Shown here: positions 27,050-38,235 of the stretch, piece by piece
Numbering within the stretch: the first letter of the stretch is position 1
How the letters are laid out: every line of letters begins with the position of its first letter
Source of the DNA: Eledone cirrhosa
Taxonomy: Eukaryota
Length of the DNA stretch: 64,000 nucleotides
Direction: 5' to 3'
Assembly (NCBI GenBank): GCA_964016885.1
Contig: OZ024740.1
Span: 140,864,001-140,928,000, forward strand
Program-made: the position numbers and the translations under genes
Notes under the pieces: generated by a model
What the model was told of the DNA's origin: nothing
Seen by the model: the letters and a program-made list of their open reading frames with translations, nothing else
Databases searched by the model: none

Positions 27050-30000
27050 GTAGGTATAGTTGTGTGGTATAGTTGTAGGTATGGTTGTGTGGTATAGTTG
27101 TAGGTATGGTTGTGTGGTATAGATGTAGGGATGGTTGTGTGGTATAGTTGTAGGTATGGTTGTGTGGTATAGATTTAGGGATGGTTGTGTGGTATAGTTG
27201 TAGGTATGGTTGTGTGGTATAGATGTAGGGATGGTTGTGTGGTATAGGTGAAGGTATGCTTGTGTGGTATAGATGTAGGTATGGTTGTGTGGTTTAGTTG
27301 TAGGTATGGTTGTGTGGTATAGATGTAGGGATGGTTGTGTGGTATAGTTGTAGGTATGGTTGTGTGGTATAGATGTAGGTATGGTTGTGTGGTATAGATT
27401 TAGGGATGGTTGTGTGGTATAGTTGTAGGGATGGTTGTGTGATATAGATGTAGGTATGGTTGTGTGGTATAGTTGTAGGTATGGTTGTGTGGTATAGATT
27501 TAGGGATGGTTGTGTGGTATAGTTGTAGGGATGGTTGTGTGGTATAGATGTAGGGATGGTTGTGTGGTATAGATGTAGGGATGGTTGTGTGGTATAGTTG
27601 TAGGGATGGTTGTGTGGTATAGATGTAGGGATGGTTGTGTGGTATAGATGTAGGGATGGTTGTGTGGTATAGATGTAGGGATGGTTGTGTGGTATAGATG
27701 TACGGATGGTTGTGTGGTATAGTTGTAGGTATGGTTGTGTGGTATAGTTGTAGGTATGGTTGTGTGGTATAGGTGAAGGTATGGTTGTGTAGTATAGATT
27801 TAGGGATGGTTGTGTGGTTTAGTTGTAGGTATGGTTGTGTGGTATAGATGTAGGGATGGTTGTGTGGTATAGTTTGAAGGGATGGTTGTGTGGTATAGAT
27901 TTAGGGATGGTTGTGTGGTATAGTTGTAGGTATGGTTGTGTGGTATAGTTGTAGGTATGGTTGTGTGGTATAGTTGTAGGGATGGTTGTGTGGTATAGAT
28001 GTAGGTATGGTTGTGTGGTATAGATGTAGGTATGGTTGTGTGGTATAGTTGTAGGGATGGTTGTGTGGTATAGATGTAGGTATGGTTGTGTGGTATAGAT
28101 TTAGGGATGGTTGTGTGGTATAGTTGTAGGTATGGTTGTGTGGTATAGATGTAGGGATGGTTGTGTGGGATAGATGTAGGTATGGTTGTGTGGTATAGAT
28201 GTAGGCATGGTTGTGTGGTATAGTTGTAGGTATGGTTGTGTGGTATAGATGTAGGGATGGTTGTTTGGTATAGTTGTAGGTATGGTTGTGTGGTATAGAT
28301 GTAGGGATGGTTGTGTGGTATAGATGTAGGTATGATTGTGTGGTATAGAATTAGGGATGGTTGTGTGGTATAGTTGTAGGTATGGTTGTGTGGTATAGAT
28401 GTAGGGATGGTTGGGTGGTATAGTTGTAGGTATGGTTGTGTGGTATAGTTGTAGGGATGGTTGTGTGATATAGTTGTAGGTATGGTTGTGTGGTAGAGTT
28501 GTAGGTAGGGTTGTGTGGTATAGTTGTAAGGATGGTTGTGTGGTATAGTTGTAGGGATGGTTGTGTGGTATAGTTGTAGGGATGGTTGTGTGGTATAGAT
28601 GTAGGGATGGTTGTGTGGTATAGTTGTAGGTATGGTTGTGTGGTATAGATGTAGGTATGGTTGTGTGGTATAGATGTAGGTATGGTTGTGTGGTATAGTT
28701 GTAGGTATGGTTGTGTGGTATAGATGTAGGTATGGTTGTGTGGTATAGTTGTAGGTATGGTTGTGTGGTATAGTTGTAGTTATGTTTGTGTGGTTTAGTT
28801 GTAGGGATGGTTGTGTGGTATAGTTGTAGGTATGGTTGTGTGGTATAGATGTAGTAATGGTTGTGTGGTATAGTTGTAGGTATGGTTGTGTGGTATAGAT
28901 GTAGGGATGGTTGTGTGGTATAGATGTAGGTATGGTTGTGTGGTATAGATTTAGGTATGGTTGTGTGGTATAGTTGTAGGGATGGTTGTGTGGTATAGTT
29001 GTAGGGATGGTTGTGTGGTATAGATGTAGGTATGGTTGTGTGGTATAGATGTAGGGATGGTTGTATGGTATAGATGTAGGTATGGTTGTGTGGTATAGAT
29101 ATAGGTATGGTTGTGTGGTATAGATTTAGGTATGGTTGTGTGGTATAGTTGTAGGGATGGTTGTGTGGTATAGATGTAGGTATGGTTGTGTGTTATAGAT
29201 GTAGGGATGGTTGTGTGGTATAGATGTAGGTATGGTTGTGTGGTATAGTTGTAGGTATGGTTGTGTGGTATAAATGTAGGTATGGTTGTGTGGTATAGTT
29301 GTAGGAATGGTTGTGTGGTATAGATGTAGGTATGGTTGTGTGGTATAGATTTAGGGATGGTTGTGTGGTATAGTTGTAGGTATGGTTGTGTGGTATAGAT
29401 GTAGGTATGGTTGTGTGGTATAGATTTAGGGATGGTTGTGTGGTATAGTTGTAGGTATGGTTGTGTGGTATAGATGTAGGTATGGTTGTGTGGTATAGAT
29501 GTAGGGATGGTTGTGTGGTATAGATGTAGGGATGGTTGTGTGGTATAGATGTAGGTATGGTTGTGTGGTATAGATGTAGGGATGGTTGTGTGGTATAGTT
29601 GTAGGTATGGTTGTGTGGTATAGATGTAGGTATGGTTGTGTGGTATAGATGTAGGGATGGTTGTGTGGTATAGATGTAGGGATGGTTGTGTGGTATAGTT
29701 GTAGGTATGGTTGTGTGGTATAGATGTAGGGATGGTTGTGTGGTATAGTTGTAGGTATGGTTGTGTGGTATAGTTGTAGGTAGGGTTGTGTGGTATAGTT
29801 GTAGGTATGGTTGTGTGGTATAGATGTAGGGATGGTTGTGTGGTATAGATGTAGGTATGGTTGTGTGGTATAGTTGTAGGTATAGTTGTGTGGTATAGTT
29901 GTAGGTATGGTTGTGTGGTATAGATGTAGGGATGGTTGTGTGGTATAGGTGAAGGTATGCTTGTGTGGTATAGATGTAGGTATGGTTGTGTGGTATAGAT

Positions 30001-30990
30001 GTAGGTATGGTTGTGTGGTTTAGTTGTAGGTATGCTTGTGTGGTATAGATGTAGGTATGGTTGTGTGGTTTAGTTGTAGGTATGGTTGTGTGGTATAGAT
30101 GTAGGGATGGTTGTGTGGTATAGTTGTAGGTATGGTTGTGTGGTATAGATGTAGGTATGGTTGTGTGGTATAGATTTAGGGATGGTTGTGTGGTATAGTT
30201 GTAGGGATGGTTGTGTGATATAGATGTAGGTATGGTTGTGTGGTATAGTTGTAGGTATAGATTTAGGGATGGTTGTGTGGTATAGATTTAGGGATGGTTG
30301 TGTGGTATAGTTGTAGGGATGGTTGTGTGGTATAGATGTAGGGATGGTTGTGTGGTATAGATGTAGGGATGGTTGTGTGGTATAGTTGTAGGGATGGTTG
30401 TGTGGTATAGATGTAGGGATGGTTGTGTGGTATAGATGTACGGATGGTTGTGTGGTATAGTTGTAGGTATGGTTGTGTGGTATAGTTGTAGGTATGGTTG
30501 TGTGGTATAGGTGAAGGTATGGTTGTGTAGTATAGATTTAGGGATGGTTGTGTGGTTTAGTTGTAGGTATGGTTGTGTGGTATAGATGTAGGGATGGTTG
30601 TGTGGTATAGTTTGAAGGGATGGTTGTGTGGTATAGATTTAGGGATGGTTGTGTGGTATAGTTGTAGGTATGGTTGTGTGGTATAGTTGTAGGTATGGTT
30701 GTGTGGTATAGTTGTAGGGATGGTTGTGTGGTATAGATGTAGGTATGGTTGTGTGGTATAGTTGTAGGGATGGTTGTGTGGTATAGATGTAGGTATGGTT
30801 GTGTGGTATAGATTTAGGGATGGTTGTGTGGTATAGTTGTAGGTATGGTTGTGTGGTATAGATGTAGGGATGGTTGTGTGGTATAGATGTAGGTATGGTT
30901 GTGTGGTATAGATGTAGGCATGGTTGTGTGGTATAGTTGTAGGTATGGTTGTGTGGTATAGATGTAGGGATGGTTGTGTGGTATAGTTGC
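27050..30990 (+). repeat. Second higher-order duplication within the satellite (~27050-28250 repeated at ~29880-30990, offset ~2.7 kb)
   Basis: Shared rare variants in the same order: GGTGAAGGTATGCT (~27247/~29948), TACGGATGG (~27701/~30439), TGTAGTATAGATTTAGG, and AGTTTGAAGG +1 (~27871/~30609). Confidence 0.85.
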
Positions 30991-32531
30991 AGGTATGGTT
31001 GTGTGGTATAGATGTAGGGATGGTTGTGTGGTATAGATGTAGGTATGGTTGTGTGGTATAGATGTAGGTATGGTTGTGTGGTATAGTTGTAGGTATGGTT
31101 GTGTGGTATAGTTGTAGGTATGGTTGTGTGGTATAGTTGTAGGTATGGTTGTGTGGTATAGTTGTAGGTATGGTTGTGTGGTATAGTTGTAGGTAGGGTT
31201 GTGTGGTATAGTTGTAGGTAGGGTTGTGTGGTATAGTTGTAGGTATGGTTGTGTGGTATAGTTGTAGGTATGGTTGTGTGGTATAGTTGTAGGTATGGTT
31301 GTGTGGTATAGTTGTAGGTAGGGTTGTGTGGTATAGTTGTAGGTATGGTTGTGTGGTATAGTTGTAGGTATGGTTGTGTGGTATAGTTGTAGGTAGGGTT
31401 GTGTGGTATAGTTGTAGGTATGGTTGTGTGGTATAGATGTAGGGATGGTTGTGTGGTATAGATGTAGGTATGGTTGTGTGGTATAGATATAGGGATGGTT
31501 GTGTGGTATAGATGTAGGGATGGTTGTGTGGTATAGTTGAAGGTATGGTTGTGTGGTATAGTTGTAGGGATGGTTGTGTGGTATAGATGTAGGGATGGTT
31601 GTGTGGTATAGTTGTAGGTAGGGTTGTGTGGTATAGATGTAGGTATGGTTGTGTGGTATAGATGTAGGTAGGCTTGTGTGGTATAGATGTAGGGATGGTT
31701 GTGTGGTATAGATGTAGGGATGGTTGTGTGGTATAGTTGTAGGTAGGGTTGTGTGGTATAGATGTAGGTATGGTTGTGTGGTATAGATGTAGGGATGGTT
31801 GTGTGGTATAGTTGTAGGTATGGTTGTGTGGTATAGATGTAGGTATGGTTGTGTGGTATAGATGTAGGGATGGTTGTGTGGTATAGTTGTAGGTAGGGTT
31901 GTGTGGTATAGATGTAGGTATGGTTGTGTGGTATAGATGTGGGTATGGTTGTGTGGTATAGATATAGGTATGGTTGTGTGGTATAGATGTAGGGATGGTT
32001 GTGTGGTATAGATGTAGGGATGGTTGTGTGGTATAGATGTGGGTATGGTTGTGTGGTATAGATGTAGGTATGGTTGTGTGGTATAGATGTAGGTATGGTT
32101 GTGTGGTATAGATGTGGGTATGGTTGTGTGGTATAGATGTAGGGATGGTTGTGTGGTATAGATGTGGGTATGGTTGTGTGGTATAGATGTAGGTATGGTT
32201 GTGTGGTATAGATGTAGGTATGGTTGTGTGGTATAGTTGTAGGTATGGTTGTGTGGTATAGATGTGGGTATGGTTGAGTGGTATAGGTGCACGGCTGGTT
32301 GTGTGGTATAGATATGGGTATGGTTGTGTGGTATAGATGTAGGTATGGTTGTGTGGTATAGATGTAGGGATGGTTGTGTGGTATAGTTGTAGGGATGGTT
32401 GTGTGGTATAGATGTAGGGATGGTTGAGTGGTATAGGTGCACGGCTGGTTGTGTGGTATAGGTGCAGGTATGGCTGTGTGGTATAGGTGCAGGTATGGCT
32501 GTGTGGTATAGGTGCAGGTATGGCTGTGTAG

Positions 32532-32712
32532 TATAGGTGCAGGAATGGTTGAGTAGTTCACTGCAAAACCATATGAATACAGGTTCAGTACTGTTGCACT
32601 GAAACGTGCATTACCAAGGTCATGTTTACGTTTGTGTGTGTGTTTATGTCCCATAACTTAACAGTTTAACAAAAAGAGATCGATAAAACAAGTACTAGAC
32701 TTGTAAAAATAT
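32532..32712 (+). mobile_element. Decayed tRNA-derived SINE fused to the satellite end (head, B-box-like region, downstream CORE-like segment)
   Basis: TATAGGTGCAGGAATGGTTGAGTAGTTCACTGCAAAACCATATG...GGTTCAGTAC aligns with the SINE at 49812-49975. 32630-32712 (GTGTTTATGTCCCATAACTTAACAG...GATAAAACAAGTACTAGACTT) resembles repeats at ~39165-39330 and ~51935-52045. Confidence 0.7.
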
Positions 32713-32803
32713 GAAGAATGAGTCTGCAGCAAGAATAAGAATAAACATTGGAAATAACTGTGAAGTTGGAGAATTCTTCATTAAGATAACAAAGAGAAAG
32801 AAC

Positions 32804-33020
32804 ACCACTACCACTGCCACTACTACTACTACTACTACTACCACTACTCCTACCACTGCCACCACCACTACTACTACCACTACTATTACTACTACAATGT
32901 TGCTGCTGCTGTTTTCCCCATGTCCTATGACCACCACCGCCACCACCACCACCACTACTAGTAGTACCACTACTAGTGTTGCTGTTGCTACTACCACTGC
33001 CACCCTTCACCACCACCGCT
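32804..33020. repeat. (ACT/ACC)n trinucleotide microsatellite
   Basis: Direct reading; explains the poly-T/V/S/G ORFs here. Confidence 0.9.
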
Positions 33021-33804
33021 TCTATTAAAATTAAGCAATAATGAATAAACACTTGATTGTACAAAAGAATGGAAATTACACAGCAGTTATCATGGCAAGA
33101 AATTCTTTCTCCTTTCTTTACTAAAGCAATGTAAACTATGTTTTTCTGGATTTTCTTTTTACTTCTATTTTATTACCATTACTTTTTTAGTGGGGAAAGG
33201 GTTTTTTATTTTTTCTTTCGTCCTCTATTTCTTTCCTTCTTCTCCCATCCTTTCTTTCTTCCTTCTTTCTCTCTTTCTTTCTTTCTTTGTTTCTTTATTC
33301 ATTTATCTACTTACCCCGCTCTACCCAATTTTTTGTTCAATCCTCCCCCACTTTCATTTATTTCCATCTATTATTTTCCTCTTTACCCACCCACTACATC
33401 GATCAGCCTCTTCTCAACACACCCTAGTTGTTCAGCTTTCCCCCCTATACCCACCTCCTTGTTCAGTTCTCCTGTATACCTACCTTTCATTAATTTTGCT
33501 ATCTACTCATTAAAGGATAAATTAATCAAAATTAAAATAGAAAAAACAAACAACAAATAAATAGAAATAAAAAATGAAATGAAAGGCAAAATGATAGTAA
33601 TAATAACAACAACAACAATAATAATAATAATTACAATAACCAATTAGGTTAGCAATTAGAAGCAAATTAGGAAGGTAAATAAAATGTCAGTCAGTCATAC
33701 ACAGAATACAGTTAAGATGTATGTAATAGAAAGTCAAATAATCTACAGGTATGTCTCTCTCTCCTCCTTTATTCTACCCTACCCTCCTCCCAAACACAGC
33801 AGCT

Positions 33805-33970
33805 CCACCACCACTACCATTGCCACCTCCATCATCATCATCGCTATCATTGTTAATCTCTTCTGCACAAGCACCAGTAACATCATCACCACCATCACTA
33901 CCACCACTGTCACCATCACCACTGCCACCACCACCACTACCACCACCAACATTGTTAATCTCGTCACCAT
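33805..33970. repeat. (CAC/CAT)n low-complexity repeat
   Basis: Direct reading. Confidence 0.85.
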
Positions 33971-33977
33971 CCCCTCC

Positions 33978-34230
33978 ATTTTTGCGTCCACTTTCCATGT
34001 TGGAATGGGTTGGATGCATCATAAAAGTCAGTTCTTATTTGGAGTTAGATCCCCTCTAGCTGGATCAGAAGATAAATGACTTGCTCATATCTTCATTTTT
34101 AGAATTCTTTCTACATATGGATGCTCTTCCTAATACCAACCACTTTACAGAGTATACAGGGTGCATGTTGTCATAGTGTAAGCATTAAAGAGATTGTTAT
34201 GTATTTGGCAGGACTAAAGAGTCCTCTTGA
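33978..34230 (-). mobile_element. Decayed SINE-like repeat with RTE-type 3' tail
   Basis: CGTCCACTTTCCATG..GGGTTGGA tail plus GGATGCTCTTCCTAATACCAACCACTTTACAGAG core, shared with 42143-42468, 47380-47590, 58840-59220 and 63120-63345. Confidence 0.65.
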
Positions 34231-34263
34231 CCTTTTGTTGTCTCCATTCATTTGCTAACCACT

Positions 34264-34498
34264 TTAACTCTTTTGTTACTGTAATTCTAATGAAAGACAT
34301 TGTTTATGTTTATTAAATAATCAAAAATTTGGAGGCATTCAATCATATAACTTTCTCATTATTAAGGTGATACTTGAAGTATAACTTAATAAAGATTCTT
34401 GTATAAAATTATAATTGGCAGTTTTTAGATAGATATAACACTTTAAAATAGCTTTGCATCAGGGGCAGTTTTGGGCAGGTTGGAATCAAGGGGGTTAA
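34264..34498 (+). mobile_element. ~235-bp TTAA-flanked MITE (piggyBac-like non-autonomous element)
   Basis: TTAA-CTCTTTTGTTAC ... GGAATCAAGGGGG-TTAA ends. Internal similarity to 35896-36149, 48597-48853, 60907-61378 and (inverted) 39860-40102. Confidence 0.65.
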
Positions 34499-35024
34499 AG
34501 AGTGTTCTGTGTCATCACACCAGCACTAATAAGGTTTAAAGTGCATTAAGATCCTGGTTGAACATTTCATTGGGGCCCATGCATATTATTTATGGTAGGA
34601 AAAAACATTAATTTGGAGCCCTTTAAATATTTTAAGGCCCCCTGGCTGCAGTCCAGTCAGCAATTCTACCCCCACTCCTAATACACCACTGATGAGATTG
34701 TTTTGTATCTGCAAAAACTAAAGACAACTTACTACTCTATGTAGTGCTACAATGTAAACAAGCCAAAATCCAAACCAAACTGCATTAACAAAAAGATTAA
34801 CTATAACAAAAATCATGCTAATACCTTGACACTCATAACTACAAATATAATAGAAAATATTTGAAAAGTATCACCTACTATAAGAAGTAAGACTTAGTGT
34901 GTTTGATTTTCTTTTAGTGCTCTATATACTTATAATAAAATCGGTTATTCATATAGATTATTCAAAGAAGTATAGCTGCAAAGTTCAAAAGACAGCAAAC
35001 CTTATATATAATCCTCTTCAGCAT

Positions 35025-35205
35025 TTTGAGATCTGCTTTTACCACTTCTGCTCAAGTCTTCCTTGGTCTTTATCTACTACAGCTTCCTTCTACTGGGAAC
35101 TCCTAACATTTCTTCACTCAATTATCATTATCCATATGCATAACATATCCATACAAGTGCAGTCTTCTTTCTTGTGCACTAAATTTGATTCCTCTTCCAC
35201 CAGGT
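35025..35205 (-). mobile_element. RTE-clade LINE 3' ORF fragment (pseudogenised)
   Basis: Minus translation RGIKFSAQERRLHLYGYVMHMDNDN*VKKC*EFPVEGSCSR*RPRKT*AEVVKADLKML matches the RTE C-terminal motif RRLRWYGHVMRM...GRPRKTW. Confidence 0.8.
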
Positions 35206-35509
35206 GGAAGTCAAGTCAAGACAATATATATATATATATATATACATTAAAATATGTTACAAAACACTATTATTTATATCATATTAGTGTTTGGTAATGT
35301 ATTTTAATATATAACTTTGATCCATGTGTGAATAGACTTGCACAGTAGGAGTTCATATGACTTTTAAAAAAAATTGTATGTAGCCATGTGTACAGTTTAT
35401 TATAATAAATTATCGGATTTTGAGCTGATATAACTTTTTCACCTACACCTTTCCAGTTTTTATATTTGAAAATGAATTTCTTTATATATATATATATATT
35501 TATACATAC

Positions 35510-35670
35510 ATATGATGAGTTTCCTTAAAGTTTCTGTTAACCAAATTTATCCATAAGGCATTGGTCAGCCCAAGACTATATTAAAAGACACTTGCTCAAT
35601 GTGCCCCGCAATGAAATCAAACTTCAAACTCTATGATTGTGAAGTGAATTTCCTAGCCGCACAGCCAAAC
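35510..35670 (-). mobile_element. tRNA-derived SINE, same family as 49812-49975
   Basis: Reverse complement reads TGGCTGTGCGG...GGGCACATTGAGCAAGTGTCTT...GCTGACCAATGCCTT...AGAAACT. Confidence 0.7.
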
Positions 35671-35895
35671 CAGTGTCCTTAATTGTAAAATAAAAACCAA
35701 GCAACTATTTCAAGATGTGACTTGATGGCTATTGGAAAAATACCAAATATACTTCTTATATGATAAAAGAGAAAGCAACATGAAGAAATTGGCATTTACA
35801 GGCATTGCTTTTGAGCAGTAAAAAATCTGTAAAGTGTTGTAAGTTTGGTAGAAAACTTTGGATTCGTTTTGTCAAAGCAAGTTCTTTTTATTTTC

Positions 35896-36149
35896 TTAAC
35901 CCTTTTTTTTGTAATGAAAGATACAGTCTATGATTTTCAAATAATTTTGAAAATAATCAAGAATTTGGAACTGGGAAACAAACCTATATTTTCTGATCAG
36001 GAGTCCAACACCCTAATCACTGAAAGATAACTTATAGAAGATTCTTTTATAAAAATTATGATGGATGGTTTTTAGATAAATATGAACATTAAAAAAAAAA
36101 ATTTCTTAGAATCAGAGAAGCAAAGGCAGTTTGCTATCAAAAGGGTCAA
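35896..36149 (+). mobile_element. TTAA-type MITE copy
   Basis: TTAACCCTTTT ... CTATCAAAAGGGTCAA ends; the internal AATAATCAAGAATTTGGA is shared with the family. Confidence 0.6.
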
Positions 36150-37539
36150 TGTATAATAGTCAATGTATAATATGCATGTTTCAAGTAGTAGGACACAGTT
36201 TTACATAGGGGCACAGTTTTACAAGGAAAAAGTCATACACTGAGTGACTTTTCTGATAATTGTTCTGTCATTATTTCTTCTGCATTACTGGTACTTTATT
36301 ACTTTATTACTTTATTACTGGTACAGTAATGCACTGGGTAATTGCTGGCCTTGTGCCTAAAGTAGAAACAATTATTTCTTCTGCTAACAATTTTTTTCTA
36401 GCTTCTACCTTCTCTTTTACTAGCTACCTTCTGTTTACATACACACACAAACACACACTGATGATACACACACACTTATATATACATATATAATACACAC
36501 AATGCTAATTATAAATATGGAGGACAGTCAACAGTTAGTTACACAGTAAAGAAATCGTACAGCAGAAAAGAAAAGTTCTCAACTTAGATGTGTATGTATG
36601 CATCTATGCATATATGTGGTGTGCATGTATGTATCTATGAATGTAAGTATGATATATAACAAGAACTAAAAAAAAAAACATTAGGAGGAAGAATATTTGA
36701 CCTGAAGCCATGGAGAATTCTTGTCTTGTCTTGGAATAAAATACAATAGAATGTTTGCAATGAGACATGACCTGACAGGTCTGGTTGTATAAACTAAGTA
36801 ACTTAACCACCTGTAGAAACTCATGACAGTGAAGAGTACATTTGCGACACCTGTACATTCAGGCCTGGCACTAACATTAAAGCCAGCTAGGCAGCTGTCA
36901 GGGATACAGACCTGAGAGTGGGTCCACTCCAAAGGAGGAGTGGGGAACTGGATGGCACTTCCTCCCTACATTTCAATTGTGCACCATCAAACTTAGAATT
37001 ATTTAGAGTAATGCGCTTATTCAGAAACTCTGCTTGAGAATTATTGTGAATAAGAGTGTCAAGACAGAATGGGCTAGCAAAATATAAAGAAAATCCTATA
37101 CAGAAAGAAAGTTGGTACATTGAGTAAAAATAATAGAGTGAAAGTTATCCATGGGAATTTTAATTTTGTACTGGGGGAGGGGGGTTATTCAAATATATCG
37201 GTTAGCTATTTTCTGATGAAAGAATGTTAATGTTTGAATATTTATTCTCAGATTAGTTATATGTAGCACAAAGAATTAGAGTTTAGTGGAAGTACTAATA
37301 TGTATGTATATCTGATTTTTTTTCTTTTTTCTTTTTGGTAAGGTGATATACTTGTATGTCTACATGGAAGTACCCATGTACATACATGTATACCAAAAAC
37401 AGACAGAAACATGTAATTCATGTATATGCTCAACTGCCCATCTGTACTCAAACACGTGAGTACTATCTGAAATTGAACATAAAATATACAAGCAGAGGAC
37501 ACTGATTGTATGGACCATGGTGATTGTCGATACATGCAG

Positions 37540-38012
37540 CTTGGTGCAGTGGCACAGAGAGGATGGAATTTCCTACACAATCAGTAGGGCCATTTCTCAG
37601 AAGGGATCAGGACCTTATTTTCCTTACTACTTACTAGAACTTCGGTCTTTGCCAAGTTGATTTGAAGGCATTTTGATTCCAGATTATGCTTTCAGGTCAG
37701 GAATTTCTTCTCTAGTTCTGTCATAGATTCAACTATGAGAGTTATATCATCAATATACAGGAGTTCCCAAGGGTTTTAAACTTTTCTGTTATAGCCTGGA
37801 GGACAATAATATGCAGGAGAGGGATAAGGACAGAACCTTGGTGGACCCTATCTTGACACTAAATTCCTTGCTATAGTCATTATTAATTTTAACATTACTG
37901 ACAACACCTCTGTACATGGCTTCTACTCCTCTACTCCTAGTTTCCTAAGTGCCCACCAGATTATAGAATGGGGAACTCTGTCGAAAGCTTTCTCTAGGTC
38001 AACAAAGGCTAA
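37540..38012 (-). mobile_element. RTE LINE reverse-transcriptase fragment (pseudogenised)
   Basis: Minus translations [38 protein letters not shown] and IVLQAITEKFKTPWELLYIDDITLIVES (RT motifs, YxDD), interrupted by stops and frameshifts. Confidence 0.9.
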
Positions 38013-38054
38013 GTATATATGTATGTGTGTGTATTTAGATACATATATATATAT

Positions 38055-38104
<50 letters not shown>

Positions 38105-38235
38105 ATATATATACACATACATATACACATATAAATCTGTGTGTGTGTGCGTATATATGTGTGTATATATATATGTATATATATACATACACATATACGT
38201 CTCTCTTTCTATATATGTGTTTATATATATGTATG
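38012..38235. repeat. (TA)n/(CA)n/(TG)n microsatellite
   Basis: Direct reading. Confidence 0.9.

Larger units (their letters stand above)
1..32550 (+). repeat. 25-bp tandem satellite/minisatellite array, ~1,300 monomers, consensus TGTGGTATAG(A/T)TGTAGG(T/G)ATGGTTG; continues past the left window edge
   Basis: A 25-nt period is visible throughout (1-25, 26-50, ...). Minus-strand translations repeat every 25 aa (75 nt). The + strand is almost C-free. Confidence 0.99.

Noticed and set aside
27170-30820. Telomeric TTAGGG motifs within the array
   Set aside because: They arise from a single G>T variant (GATTTAGGG) in scattered monomers and are never tandem.
1-32550. CRISPR array
   Set aside because: Head-to-tail monomers with no unique spacers, no cas genes, and a eukaryotic context.
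32555-32575. Minus-strand splice acceptor (GGTTTTGCAG) just before the array, suggesting a giant coding exon
   Set aside because: It falls inside the decayed SINE body, the pyrimidine tract is short, and no upstream exon can be identified. It would need RNA evidence.
807-32654. Long minus-strand ORFs (up to 1,472 aa) as mucin-like protein genes
   Set aside because: They are translations of a 25-bp satellite, open in all three frames with the same peptide. Starts and stops come from sporadic variants, and the 'unique' N-terminus MGHKHTHKRK... lies in SINE-derived sequence.
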